A stretch of 63,033 nt of DNA, counting the filler, from Chrysochromulina tobinii (taxonomy: Eukaryota): the NCBI GenBank assembly GCA_001275005.1. It is 12 parts of 12 records of this genome, joined end to end, with 100 filler letters (N's around TTAATTAATTAA, not from the genome) between each part and the next. Parts side by side here need not be neighbours in the genome. Positions count along the whole stretch, not along the records: positions 32,088 to 38,841 come from JWZX01000271.1; positions 38,942 to 46,618 come from JWZX01000272.1; 10 more parts are not named here. The stretch is one strand, 5' to 3'. Both the position numbers and the translations under genes were made by a program. Positions 36,626-46,718 of the stretch are shown here, piece by piece. The notes under the pieces are model-generated. The model ran no database searches, was not told where the DNA came from, and saw only the letters and a program-made list of their open reading frames with translations. The first letter of the stretch is position 1; each line of letters opens with the position of its first letter.

Positions 36626-38296
36626 ATGCTCCATGAACTCGTTGAGCAAGTGTCGGCACCTGCTCCGGCCGTGGCTGACGCAGGCTCTGCGACTGCCTCT
36701 TCCCAGCCGCTCGTGGCTGTTGACCATTCATCACTGCCACAGGGAATTGCAAGACCCTTGCCTGCCTTTTGGCCGGCGCTTGATCTGCCGCTAGGCATCG
36801 CTCACCCGTTGAAGGATCTCGTGCCATCCGCGGTGCTAGCCGCTGCTGAGGCGGCGGAGGAGGAGTCGTGGCGCCAGCTCGTCGGGCTCAAGCTCGAAGC
36901 AATCTCGCCACGACTGCGAACGCCAATCAAAAAAGGCAAGGCGCGTGCGCTGCACCGGCTGCGGGAGGCGGCCAATGTCGAAGGTACTCTGTGCAAGTGT
37001 GGCAAGCTTGATGTCGAAAAGTACATGCTGCAGTGCGACGGATGCGATGTCTGGTACCACGGCGCCTGCGTCGGCCTCAGCCAGGCACAGAGTACCCGAG
37101 TCAAGCAGTGGTACTGCCGCTCCTGCGCAAAGCGACAGGTGGCGGCGCAGGCGCGCACGACCGTATACTGCCACTGCCACGGCCCGTGGGACGGTCGCTC
37201 TTTCATGATCCAGTGCGACACGTGCGACGTCTGGTACCACGGCCACTGCGTCGGCTACAGCGTCCACTCTCTTCAGCGCTGCACGGAGGCTGCCTTCCGC
37301 AAGTACAGCTGCCCGACATGCACGCATGCCGCAACCGCTCGGGTCACGAATGCGCCGTGCGCCGCTACGCTCAGCGCCGCCGAGATGGTGGCCGCGGAAG
37401 CGCAGCCGGCGGAGAGAGGCGGTTCCATAGCGCAATCGGCGCTGGTGCCGGTGCCACCACCACAGCAGCAGCAGCTGATGATGATGAGAATGCCGCCGCA
37501 GCTGCCACCGGTGCCAAACACGCCTGTCTCGAGGCACGCATTAGGCAAGCGCAAGATGGCGTTCAGCACCTGTGCCAGCGGTGGCTCCGCGCACGCCTCG
37601 TTCTCGATCGTGAGCCTCGCCGCGCTCGGCGGTTCGTCAATCGGCGCCTCGTCCTCATCTTCAGCAGCAGCATCAGCAGCATCGTCATCTGCAGCAGCAG
37701 CAGCAGCAGCGTCGCCAGGCGCGTCAGCCTCGCCGGAGGGCGAGGGCATGCAGCCGCAGCCAACGATGAGCGTGTGCCTGCTCCTCACGCGCCTACACGA
37801 CGACGCCTTATCCTCTGTCCTCGAATGCCTCGCGCCGTCCGTGCTCGCTCGAGACGGCGCGTCGTCGACCGCCATTGGGCGTGTGCGCACTCTTCTGCTG
37901 AGCGTCGCGCCTACCTGCCGACGGCTCGCCGCACTCGCCGAGCCGTTCTTCCGTACCTTTTGCGAGGAGCAGCAGTGGCGCCCGCCACGGCGGCTGCGCG
38001 AGAGTGCGAGCGCGTGGCGGCGCCTCTTGCGAACACGGGCGTGCGCAGTGTGCCTTGCAGTTGAGGCACGCTTCCCCGTGCGCGGAGGCGGCGGCCCGGT
38101 GCTGTTTCGGCTGTGCCGCGACTGCGCGCGCCGCGACAAGGTGCAGCAGCAGGTGCTCTGGCATGGTCTCCAGGTGGATGCGCTGGATGAGACCGGTAAG
38201 GCGCTCTTCTCACGCCAATTCCACATGCCGCTGTTCGGGCATGCCAACGGCTTCAGCACCAACCTGGAGACCATTGTCAACCAGAATGGGTTATGA
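36626..38296 (+). CDS. Protein with two PHD fingers, an F-box-like motif and C-terminal CxxC pairs
   Basis: CKC...MLQCDGCDVWYHGACVG...WYCRSC; VYCHC...MIQCDTCDVWYHGHCVG...YSCPTC; LTRLHDDALSSVLECL; CAVC...CRDC. Confidence 0.85.
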   Translation: MLHELVEQVSAPAPAVADAGSATASSQPLVAVDHSSLPQGIARPLPAFWPALDLPLGIAHPLKDLVPSAVLAAAEAAEEESWRQLVGLKLEAISPRLRTPIKKGKARALHRLREAANVEGTLCKCGKLDVEKYMLQCDGCDVWYHGACVGLSQAQSTRVKQWYCRSCAKRQVAAQARTTVYCHCHGPWDGRSFMIQCDTCDVWYHGHCVGYSVHSLQRCTEAAFRKYSCPTCTHAATARVTNAPCAATLSAAEMVAAEAQPAERGGSIAQSALVPVPPPQQQQLMMMRMPPQLPPVPNTPVSRHALGKRKMAFSTCASGGSAHASFSIVSLAALGGSSIGASSSSSAAASAASSSAAAAAAASPGASASPEGEGMQPQPTMSVCLLLTRLHDDALSSVLECLAPSVLARDGASSTAIGRVRTLLLSVAPTCRRLAALAEPFFRTFCEEQQWRPPRRLRESASAWRRLLRTRACAVCLAVEARFPVRGGGGPVLFRLCRDCARRDKVQQQVLWHGLQVDALDETGKALFSRQFHMPLFGHANGFSTNLETIVNQNGL

Positions 38297-38451
38297 GCCA
38301 GAGGTCTGTGTAACGGAGGCATGTGGGGACGCGCTTTCTGAAATTGATATAAACACAAGCAGAACAGGCGCACACTATTGGGATGATGAGCGTGCTAGTG
38401 AAGCACGCGCCAACAAATAAGCCATGAACTCGTCAGAGCCATGGTACAAGC

Positions 38452-38733
38452 TCATCGACTAGCGCCCTTTTTCACGATGGAGCCATCGCCCAGGAGCATG
38501 GAGCCATCAGGGAGTTGGCGCGCGTCCACATTTTGTCGGCTCACAGCAATATCGCCAAAGATGGAGACGCTTGGCGCCAGTCCGAGCGCCTCCTGCCTTT
38601 TACGCATCGGACCAACGATGAAGCGTTCACTCAGGGCCAGTGCGAACAGGACCGAAGCAGCTGCAGCTAAGGAGCCCAAGGGGAGCTGCTTGACGTAGGT
38701 CGCTTCGCGCCACTGCTGGGCCAGACGGCTCAT
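38452..38733 (-). CDS. Small hypothetical protein with one hydrophobic helix
   Basis: 93-aa ATG ORF with non-repetitive protein-like composition. Confidence 0.5.
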   Translation of the reverse strand: MSRLAQQWREATYVKQLPLGSLAAAASVLFALALSERFIVGPMRKRQEALGLAPSVSIFGDIAVSRQNVDARQLPDGSMLLGDGSIVKKGASR

Positions 38734-39106
38734 CTGAAGGCTGACGAATGTGTGTGACACATTTCAGAGCACGTGTAAAAAAGTAGACGGGAGGTACTAT
38801 CGCGGCGGCCACCTCGACCCCCCCACCCACCCCCACCCACCNNNNNNNNNNNNNNNNNNNNNNNNNNNNNNNNNNNNNNNNNNNNTTAATTAATTAANNN
38901 NNNNNNNNNNNNNNNNNNNNNNNNNNNNNNNNNNNNNNNNNCGCGGCTGCCAAGCAGCTCGGCACGATCGGCGAGCCGCTGCCGCTGCTGCAGGTGCGCT
39001 TGGGCGCCGACGCTGCTGCCGCCGACGCCAACCGAAGCCACCACGGGCGCTCATACCGCCGCCGCTGCCGAGGCGAAGCTGCTCCGCGCGCTGCTCACGC
39101 GCCAAA

Positions 39107-39970
39107 TTGCCGTGCGAGTTCATGCTTGGTTCGGTGGAGGAGCCGTGCGAGCTTACACTTGGTCCGGTGGAGGAGCTGGCGTTTGGTGCACCCGATCCGG
39201 ACAACGCCGCTGCAGAGGCGGCGGCGGCAGAGGCAGCCGCAGCGGCGGCAGAGGCAGGCGCAGCGGCGGCGGCTGTAGCGGCAGCGGCGGTTGCGGAGGC
39301 GGCGGACGAGGCGGCTGCGGCTGAGAAGGAGGCGGCCGAAGTGGCGGCCGCAGAGACGGCTGCAGATGAGAACGCATCAGCGGTGGAGTCGGAAGGAGCG
39401 GCAGCGGAGGTGGAACGCGAGGCGGCGGAACGTGAGGCTGCTGAGGCGGCGGCGGCAGCCGAGGTGGCGGCGGCGGTAGCGGCCGAGGCGGAAGCGGCAG
39501 CGGCGGCCGAGGTGGCCAAGGCGGCGGAGGCGGAGGCGGCGGCCGAGCGCGTCGCAGCGGAGCGGCACGGAAAGATGTGCAAGCTCAAGCGTCAGCTCGA
39601 TGCGCGGAATGCCTCAGATGGCATTATCGCTGACGGCCCCGAGGCGATCAGGTTGCGTGCGTTCGCGAGGGACGGTGAGTGTGTAGAGTGCGCGATCTGC
39701 CTCGGCACGTGTGACGAGGCAGATGACTCGTGTGCATCCGACTTGCGCCGCATGCGTTGCTGCGGAGCGGGAATGTGCGTGCGATGCCTACGCGAGTGGC
39801 TGCAACGGAAAGGCCAGTCCGTGCGCATCTGGTACGAGGATGGGGTCCAAGGTGTGCAGCATGTGCGACATGGACGCAAGCTGTGGACCACCATGAACAC
39901 GCACAGGTGTCCCGTCTGTTGTCACGCTGTTGAGTCCGTGAGGCGTGCCCTTGTCGTGACGACGGTATAG
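39107..39970 (+). CDS. Ala/Glu-rich protein with a C-terminal RING-like finger; start uncertain
   Basis: CAIC...RCCGAGMCVRCLREWL...RCPVC. Confidence 0.7.
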   Translation: MPCEFMLGSVEEPCELTLGPVEELAFGAPDPDNAAAEAAAAEAAAAAAEAGAAAAAVAAAAVAEAADEAAAAEKEAAEVAAAETAADENASAVESEGAAAEVEREAAEREAAEAAAAAEVAAAVAAEAEAAAAAEVAKAAEAEAAAERVAAERHGKMCKLKRQLDARNASDGIIADGPEAIRLRAFARDGECVECAICLGTCDEADDSCASDLRRMRCCGAGMCVRCLREWLQRKGQSVRIWYEDGVQGVQHVRHGRKLWTTMNTHRCPVCCHAVESVRRALVVTTV

Positions 39971-40513
39971 GCTATAGGCTTATGTTCATAACGGATCGGC
40001 TATGTATAATGTAACAGATGAAGTAAGGGCCCCACCGCCCTTCGAGATATCAGTCTTCACGACGATTATACCGTGATTACGTTAGACTATTATACACTAT
40101 TCCGGATTGCAGTTTGCGCGTGTTTACTTGCGTTACGGTAGTGCTACCCGGTACCCCGCCGGCTTCGCGCTTCCCCACACGCACACCCCAGATTTCCGGT
40201 TTCCGCGTTTTGTCTTTTGTCGTTTCTCGTTTCTCGGTGGTGAGTACAGAGTAGCTCTTACTTTAGTGTTTAGACACACACGAGCAACGTGTAAGAGACG
40301 GCGCTCGACCTCAAGCACGCTTACTGACGGGATGGCTGGCAAAGAGCATGGCGCATTCGCGTTGGTCCGTGGTCGCTACACGCTGGGCCTCTCTCTCTCT
40401 TTCCGTTTTTCGAGATCGCTGCCTCTGCCTTTCTCTCTTTCGAGACCGCTGCCTCTCCCTCATTCTCTCTCTCTCTTCCTGCTGCTTTTGCGCACGAGCC
40501 GGCTCAAGCCGCG

Positions 40514-43246
40514 TCACAGGCAAAAGTGCCCAGTGTCGTTACGGACGCGGCCGTAGGCGACGGCATCCAGGCAGGGCACTGGAGTGCCAACCGCTGGCCG
40601 GCCCTCGGCCACGTCTAGGTTCGAGAGTTTGTACGCCGAACCTTTCGGACGATGGAAGCCCGCCAACAGTTCCACGTCCACTTGGGTTTTGGCGCGCTGC
40701 TGCTCTGAGGTGCCTGGCCCCTTACCGGGCTTCCCAACCGAGATCCGTCGCCTGAGCACGGGCATTTGCAGAACACGAAGAAGCCATGAGACTGAAACTG
40801 GGTCCGAAAAGCGAATGTCCACGCACTTGAGAAACAAGGCTCCGCTCAGCAAGTCGATGGGCGACGAGGTCGGCAGGTTGAACTGCTCCGCAAGGGCGAG
40901 CGCGAGCTTGCCGCCGTCCGTCATCATGGAGGTGTGGCCAACGTCGTCCTCGTAGGCGCGTACGCAAAAGTTCTGGGAGTTGAACATCACGTTGATGGAC
41001 GAGGCTTTGTGGCCCTGGTCGCAGTACTCGAGATAGCCGCCCAGCGGCTCGCCCAGCTCGCGCCTTGTACCACGCGTCTTGACGTGTTGATCGCCGTGCC
41101 ACTTGCCACTCAGGAGTTCGCCGCGTGGGTCGAGGGCCTCCGGCTCGGCAAAGATGTACGGCTCGATGTGCCTCCAGATGAGGACGAGCTCGTGTTGGCC
41201 GCCCGCTCGACGTCGGTATAGGGGCGAGTACAAAAGTACAAACGCCTGGACCAATCGAGTCAGGCAGCGCTGCTCGCACGCCTCGGGGGACGCCTGCTCA
41301 GCCGCCGAGTATGACAGGGGCAGGATGCCATCGCGCGCCGCCGCCCCAGACGCCAGGTAGAAGGGCTCGAGCACAGCGCCGATGGCAATGAGGCGCTCCG
41401 TGACAAGAGGGTCCAGCTCTGCCGCCACATTGTACCCGTGCCGCTCATGGAGCTCGGCAGCCTCGACGAAGCCAGTGAGCTTCTGCACCACGTCTGGAAG
41501 TGTACGGCGTACAAGCAGCAAAATCTCGGGGGACCACTCGGCAAACTTGCCCGAGTTGAAGAAGGCGGCGTACTGCGACTTCTCCTTGGGCGTCGCAACG
41601 TCGAACGCTCCTGGCGGGCCTGAGCGCATGCGATCCAGCTGCAGCGCGCGCTCCTGCGCAAACTGCGCCTGCAACCGGTCCATATCCGCCCGGACCGCCT
41701 CGTGGCGCTCCGCGGCACGTGTCGCCGCCTGAGCACGTACCGCCTCACGCTCCTCGTCTGCACGTACAGCCTCACGCGCCTCCTTGTCTGCACGTACCGC
41801 CTCACGCGCCAGCAGAGCACGTACCGCCTCACGCTCCTTGTCTGCACGTACCGCCTCACGCGCCTCCTTGTCTGCAAGTACCGCCTCACGCGCCTCACGT
41901 GCCGCCTGAGCACGTACCGCCTCACGTACCGCCTCACGCTCCTCGAAGGCACGTACGAACTCACGCGCCGCCTGAGCACTTGCCGCCTCGCCCTCCTGCT
42001 TGTCTTTCTCCTTTGCCGCCTGAGCACTTACCGCCTCGCCCTCCTGCTCCTTGTCTTTCTCCTTTAAGTTCCGTGACCACCGATTGCGCACCGCATCAGC
42101 TGTCCGGCCGGGCAGGCCAAGAGAGATCTGAATGACGGTCTTCCCTAGGCCCTTCTCTGCGATGATGTGTGCGTCCTCTTCCCCTGTCCAGGCTGTCCGT
42201 GTATTGGGCCGGTTGCGTGCCCCCGCCGTACCTGTCGCGGTGTTCATGTCCTCGTCTTCATCCGACGCGCTCACGACGGCGCCCTTCGCCTTCTTCACTG
42301 GCGGCGTGATCCGCCCCATATCCGCTGCTTCCTCGGGCGCGGGCACGGCCGGCGCCGTAGTGGGCGCCCCTTTGGCCGTCGCGCCGCCGAAGAAGGTCGT
42401 GATCGAGCGCTTGGCGGGGGCTTTGACGGCGGCCGTCTTCCCAGGAGCGCCGTACCCCCCAGACGCGTCCAAGCCGGACAGCTCGTCACCGTAGCCGCCA
42501 CTGCGCAGCACGCCACTCTCGTCCGGAATGGCAGCAGCCGATCCGCTGCGCACGTCAACCCCGGAGCGATCGTAGCCGACGTAATCAGAAATGGAGCCCG
42601 ATGCGCCCATCTCGGCGCCTGTAGAGCGCATCCCAGCGCCGCCACGCGAGGAGCCGAAGCCGGAGGCCCCGAGGGCACCTTCCTTCTTGATCAGGTCTCC
42701 GTCGGCCGAGCTGCCGAACCTGCCCTCCTCCTCGAGGACCTCCTCGGCGCTCGAGTCCTCCCCGAAAAGCTCGGAGGCATCGCGCACCACGGCGCCCTCA
42801 GGCGAGGCGGAGAGCGAGGCAGAGAGCGAGGTGCTCGGTGCAAAGCGCGCGCCGGGCGAGGGTGGCACCGAAGCGCCGTCGCGAGCGCGCGCCGCGGTGC
42901 CATCGCGAGCGCCGTCGCGAGCGCCGTCGCGAGCGGGCGCGGCCGGCTTTGAGGCGGCCTTCGACGTCGACTTAGAGGCCTGAGTGGAGGCCGCGCGCCA
43001 GGACGTGCCATAGGCGCCCAGCGTGACGCCCTGGCTCTCGTGCCTCGGTTCCCCCGCAGGGTCGACCATCCCCGCGCCCATCAACGGCTGCTCTGCAGCT
43101 GCCGCTGCTGCCGTCGCCGCCGCCGCCGCCTTCTTCGCGGCGGAGGACGGGAAGTCGCCTGTGGGGAAGTCGCCTGTGGGGAAGTCGTCGGCCGACGGAG
43201 CCCGCTGCGCCCGCTTCGCGCCCAAGACGGCGCTCGTCGAGGCTTC
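40514..43246 (-). CDS. 3' part of a large locus: Myb/SANT repeat, EAVRA helical repeats, uncharacterised globular C-terminus
   Basis: RTAWTGEEDAHI...GKT..ISLGLPGRTADAVRNRW near 42065-42210; 903-codon ORF. Confidence 0.75.
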   Translation of the reverse strand, partial: EASTSAVLGAKRAQRAPSADDFPTGDFPTGDFPSSAAKKAAAAATAAAAAAEQPLMGAGMVDPAGEPRHESQGVTLGAYGTSWRAASTQASKSTSKAASKPAAPARDGARDGARDGTAARARDGASVPPSPGARFAPSTSLSASLSASPEGAVVRDASELFGEDSSAEEVLEEEGRFGSSADGDLIKKEGALGASGFGSSRGGAGMRSTGAEMGASGSISDYVGYDRSGVDVRSGSAAAIPDESGVLRSGGYGDELSGLDASGGYGAPGKTAAVKAPAKRSITTFFGGATAKGAPTTAPAVPAPEEAADMGRITPPVKKAKGAVVSASDEDEDMNTATGTAGARNRPNTRTAWTGEEDAHIIAEKGLGKTVIQISLGLPGRTADAVRNRWSRNLKEKDKEQEGEAVSAQAAKEKDKQEGEAASAQAAREFVRAFEEREAVREAVRAQAAREAREAVLADKEAREAVRADKEREAVRALLAREAVRADKEAREAVRADEEREAVRAQAATRAAERHEAVRADMDRLQAQFAQERALQLDRMRSGPPGAFDVATPKEKSQYAAFFNSGKFAEWSPEILLLVRRTLPDVVQKLTGFVEAAELHERHGYNVAAELDPLVTERLIAIGAVLEPFYLASGAAARDGILPLSYSAAEQASPEACEQRCLTRLVQAFVLLYSPLYRRRAGGQHELVLIWRHIEPYIFAEPEALDPRGELLSGKWHGDQHVKTRGTRRELGEPLGGYLEYCDQGHKASSINVMFNSQNFCVRAYEDDVGHTSMMTDGGKLALALAEQFNLPTSSPIDLLSGALFLKCVDIRFSDPVSVSWLLRVLQMPVLRRRISVGKPGKGPGTSEQQRAKTQVDVELLAGFHRPKGSAYKLSNLDVAEGRPAVGTPVPCLDAVAYGRVRNDTGHFCL

Positions 43247-45830
43247 CTACGCTGGCCTCGTTCTGGCGCGCCTTCGCCGCGCGCAGCTCATGCTCGGCAC
43301 GGCGCTCAAGCTCGGCGTGCTGGCGCTGCAGACGCTCCTGCACCTGCCAGTTTGCGTCTGCGTCCGATGGCGCGGCCGCGAGCGAGGCAGTGAGCTTGGC
43401 GAGCACGGCATTGCCCATCTCGCTCACAGCGCCGCCGCCGCCGCCCGCCGCCTGCCGCTCGGCCAGCAGCAGCGCGAGCGACGCACGCTCCACGCTAGCC
43501 TCCCCGGGCGAGATGCCGGTCGGCGGCGGAGGCACTGGTGGAAGAGGATGCTCGCCCACAGAGACACTCGAGTCGGTATCACTCATCGCGTCCGTCCCGC
43601 CGCCGTAGCCGCCGCCGCCGTACCTTCCACTGCGCGGGAGCGGCGCGCCGCCATACGTGTAGACGGGGGGCGGATTCGACACGCCGGCGGCGGCGGCCTC
43701 GGGATGCGCGGCAACCGCAACCGCAGTGGCCGAGAGCGCCGGCGCCGCGGTTGGCGCGGATGCGAGGGTCTCGAGTTCGGTCTGTTGCCTCGTGAGGTCG
43801 ACCGATTGGGAGCCGCGGCCTGCCACATTGCTTCTGGCCTGGGGAGCAGGTTCGTCCCCTTCGTCCATCATCCCTCCTGAACCATCGGGCTTGATTGCCC
43901 GCTGCCGTTTATTCACGAACCACACCTCGACTTGCCGTGGGGTCACTTTCAGGTCCTCGGCGAGCGCCTTCCTCGTCTCGACTGACGGGAATTTGTCCTT
44001 CCTGTACATCTCCTCGAGAACCGAGAGCGTTTCCTGCGGGATATTCCATCGAGTATACTTCTTGCGCTTCCTTGGTGGCCCTGGGGCCTCCGTGAAACTA
44101 AGTGAAGTCGGCGGCTCGGAGGGAGCGGCCGGGGTCGTGGGCTGCGCCGTCGTGGGCCGCGCCGTCGTGGGCCGCGCCGTCGTGGGCAGCGCCGTCGTGG
44201 GCAGCGCCGTCGTGGGCATCGCCTGGCCGTCGGCAGCCGGCGCCGACGCTGGCCGCGCCGCGGCCCGCAGCACGCGAGGCACCGGTAGCTCGAGCACGTG
44301 AGGTACCGTCACCCGCATCGGGACGCCGCCCACGTCAGCGACGAAGCTGCCGTTAGGGCGGATCCCGTGTGGCACTTGCACGACGAACTGGCGCGAAGGT
44401 GCCTCGCTCGGCGGGACCTCGATGAGCAACGAGGCGCCCGCGAGCACCGTCGGGTCGAGCGACTCGGGCACGGTGACGAGCATTGAGGTCAGGCCCACCT
44501 GCGCGAGAAAATTCTGCCCGGGCGCCGTGTTGGGCGCAACGGGCACCGAGTAGCGTGCCGGCGCCGTGTTGGGCGCCTCGATGACGAGCTTGAGCGGCGT
44601 CGCGCCAGCCGCGAGATCGGCCGCGAGATCGGCCGACGAGATCAGACCCTCCCCCTCGGGGTCGCGCCCAACTCCATGCCGCGGCGCGATCATCCGGCGA
44701 AGCCCCTCAGCTACAGTCGCTACACCATCCATTGGAGCCAACGCCGGTGGCGGCGCGGCCAGCGGCTCCAGCGGAACCAGCGCGGAGGGTTGGGCGTCGT
44801 ATCGAGCACCTGGCGGCACCGGCGCGGAGGCGTACGCTGCCGCGGCGGCGGTGGCGGCGGTGGCGGCGGCGGCGGCGGCGATGGCCTCGAGCGGAGCGGA
44901 GGAGGCGGACAAGTGCGAGGACGCGCCCACGCTGCCGGCGCACGCATCCGCAGACGTGCTGGAGGGCGCGTCACCCATGGCTTGAACGGCACTGGCCAAC
45001 GCACGAGCCGCCGCCTGCGCCGCAGCCGCAGACTCAAGGCTAGCGGGCGCGCCGTCCCGGGCGCTCGTCGCGCCGTCCCGGGCGCCCATCGCGCCGTCCA
45101 GCGGCGGTGCCGCGCCACCTCGGAATCCCGAAGCGACGACTGCAAGCGCGGGGACGGAGGGGCGGGGGATGCCTCGCGCCTCGCGCTGTAGCTGCAGCTT
45201 CAGCTCGATGAGCTCTTCGACCTGCTCGCGGACGCTCGGGAGCTTGCTCGCGGTGCCCGCCTGCCTCACGACCGCCCACAACGACGCGAGCCCTGGGCCG
45301 CACGAAACGGCCGACGCGGAGGCCGAGAGGGCGCCAGCGCCGCCGCAAGAACCCTCGGCCCCCACAGCAGCGCTGCCCAGCCATCCGGAGCTCGAGCAGG
45401 ACGCCCCTCCAGCCGGCGCCCACGACGACGCGAGCCCCCCGGCGGCGGCGGTCGCCGATCCAAACCGTCGCTCGAGCTCGAGCAGCTCGCTAGCTGTCAG
45501 GCGGCCGGCGGGGCGCGATGCGCGGGCGGCCTCCTCCAGAGCCGCCGACGCTATGCGCGCCTGCGAGGCCGTTCGCCGGGGCAGCAGCGGCGAGACGAGC
45601 GGCGCGAGAACTGGGTGTACGGACGACGCCGTCGCACTCAGCGCAGCGTCTGACGCTGCCTCCGCCGCGACATCCGCTACATGCGCCTTGGAAGCCGCCT
45701 CGTCCGACTCCTCCTCGACGTCCCGTGCGAAGGCATCTGCGCAGACGGAACGAAGTGCGATCAGTCGGCAGTCCAGCAGCTGCTGCGTGCACCGAGAGCG
45801 ATGTGCGCATGCGCGAGCGAACTGTGCGCC
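43247..45830 (-). CDS. 5' part of the same locus: homeodomain protein; start and junction uncertain
   Basis: RKKYTRWNIPQETLSVLEEMYRKDKFPSVETRKALAEDLKVTPRQVEVWFVNKRQR near 43895-44070. Confidence 0.78.
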
Positions 45831-45867
45831 GGCCAAGCCACCAAGGCCAGTATCGCGCGTGTGCAGC

Positions 45868-45960
45868 AGCAGCAGCCGCATGGACAGCCGCATGAGCAGC
45901 CACATGAGCAGCCGCATGAGCATGCGCATGAGCAGCCACATGAGCAAAGGTGCATGAGCC
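45868..45960. repeat. 12-nt tandem repeat (CATGAGCAGCCR), probably intronic
   Basis: About six degenerate copies. Confidence 0.7.
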
Positions 45961-46718
45961 ACGAACTACTCAAGTGAATCAGTCGGCAGGATTGTGCAGA
46001 GGGCGCGGTTCGTGCCGTGGCGTGCGGCGTGCGGCGTGCGGCATGCGGCGTGCGGCGTGCACATACGTTGCTGCTTGAGACCAACCACCGTCGACCCACC
46101 TGTGCATCGCATCGATTATGTGAGAGAGAGCCGGCTGCGGCAGAAAATCAGAAAAAAGGCTAGAGAGAAAAGTCAAGTCAAGTAAATCAGGATGCATGCT
46201 GTGTGCAAAGGCGCCAAACATCATAAAATCAAAATCAGCATAAATCAAAATCCGGGTTCGGGCTGGAGGGCGGACACACCTATATGGTTATATTGCGCCA
46301 AGACAGCCGCTATGTTGAGCCGCGCTGAGAGCCGAGCCAACCGTTATGCCAAGCCGCGCCGAAAGCCGAGCCGGCTACTATGCCAAGCCACGCCGAAAGC
46401 CGAGCGACCCGATGAGGTGTTGCCGAGCGCCAAACTGCCGCTGAGGCTGCCGCTTGGGGCGAGAGCAGCCAAGCCGCCGCCGGCTGCCGCCTTCGTGCCT
46501 CTAGCCGCCATCTCGAGTTTGCATGTGTGAGAGTATACACGAGACCCGGCTGAGTGGCGCTGTTGAGCGGAACGCCAAGCCAGTGCCTTGCTGAGTGCCA
46601 TGCCATGCCGAGGGCCACNNNNNNNNNNNNNNNNNNNNNNNNNNNNNNNNNNNNNNNNNNNNTTAATTAATTAANNNNNNNNNNNNNNNNNNNNNNNNNN
46701 NNNNNNNNNNNNNNNNNN

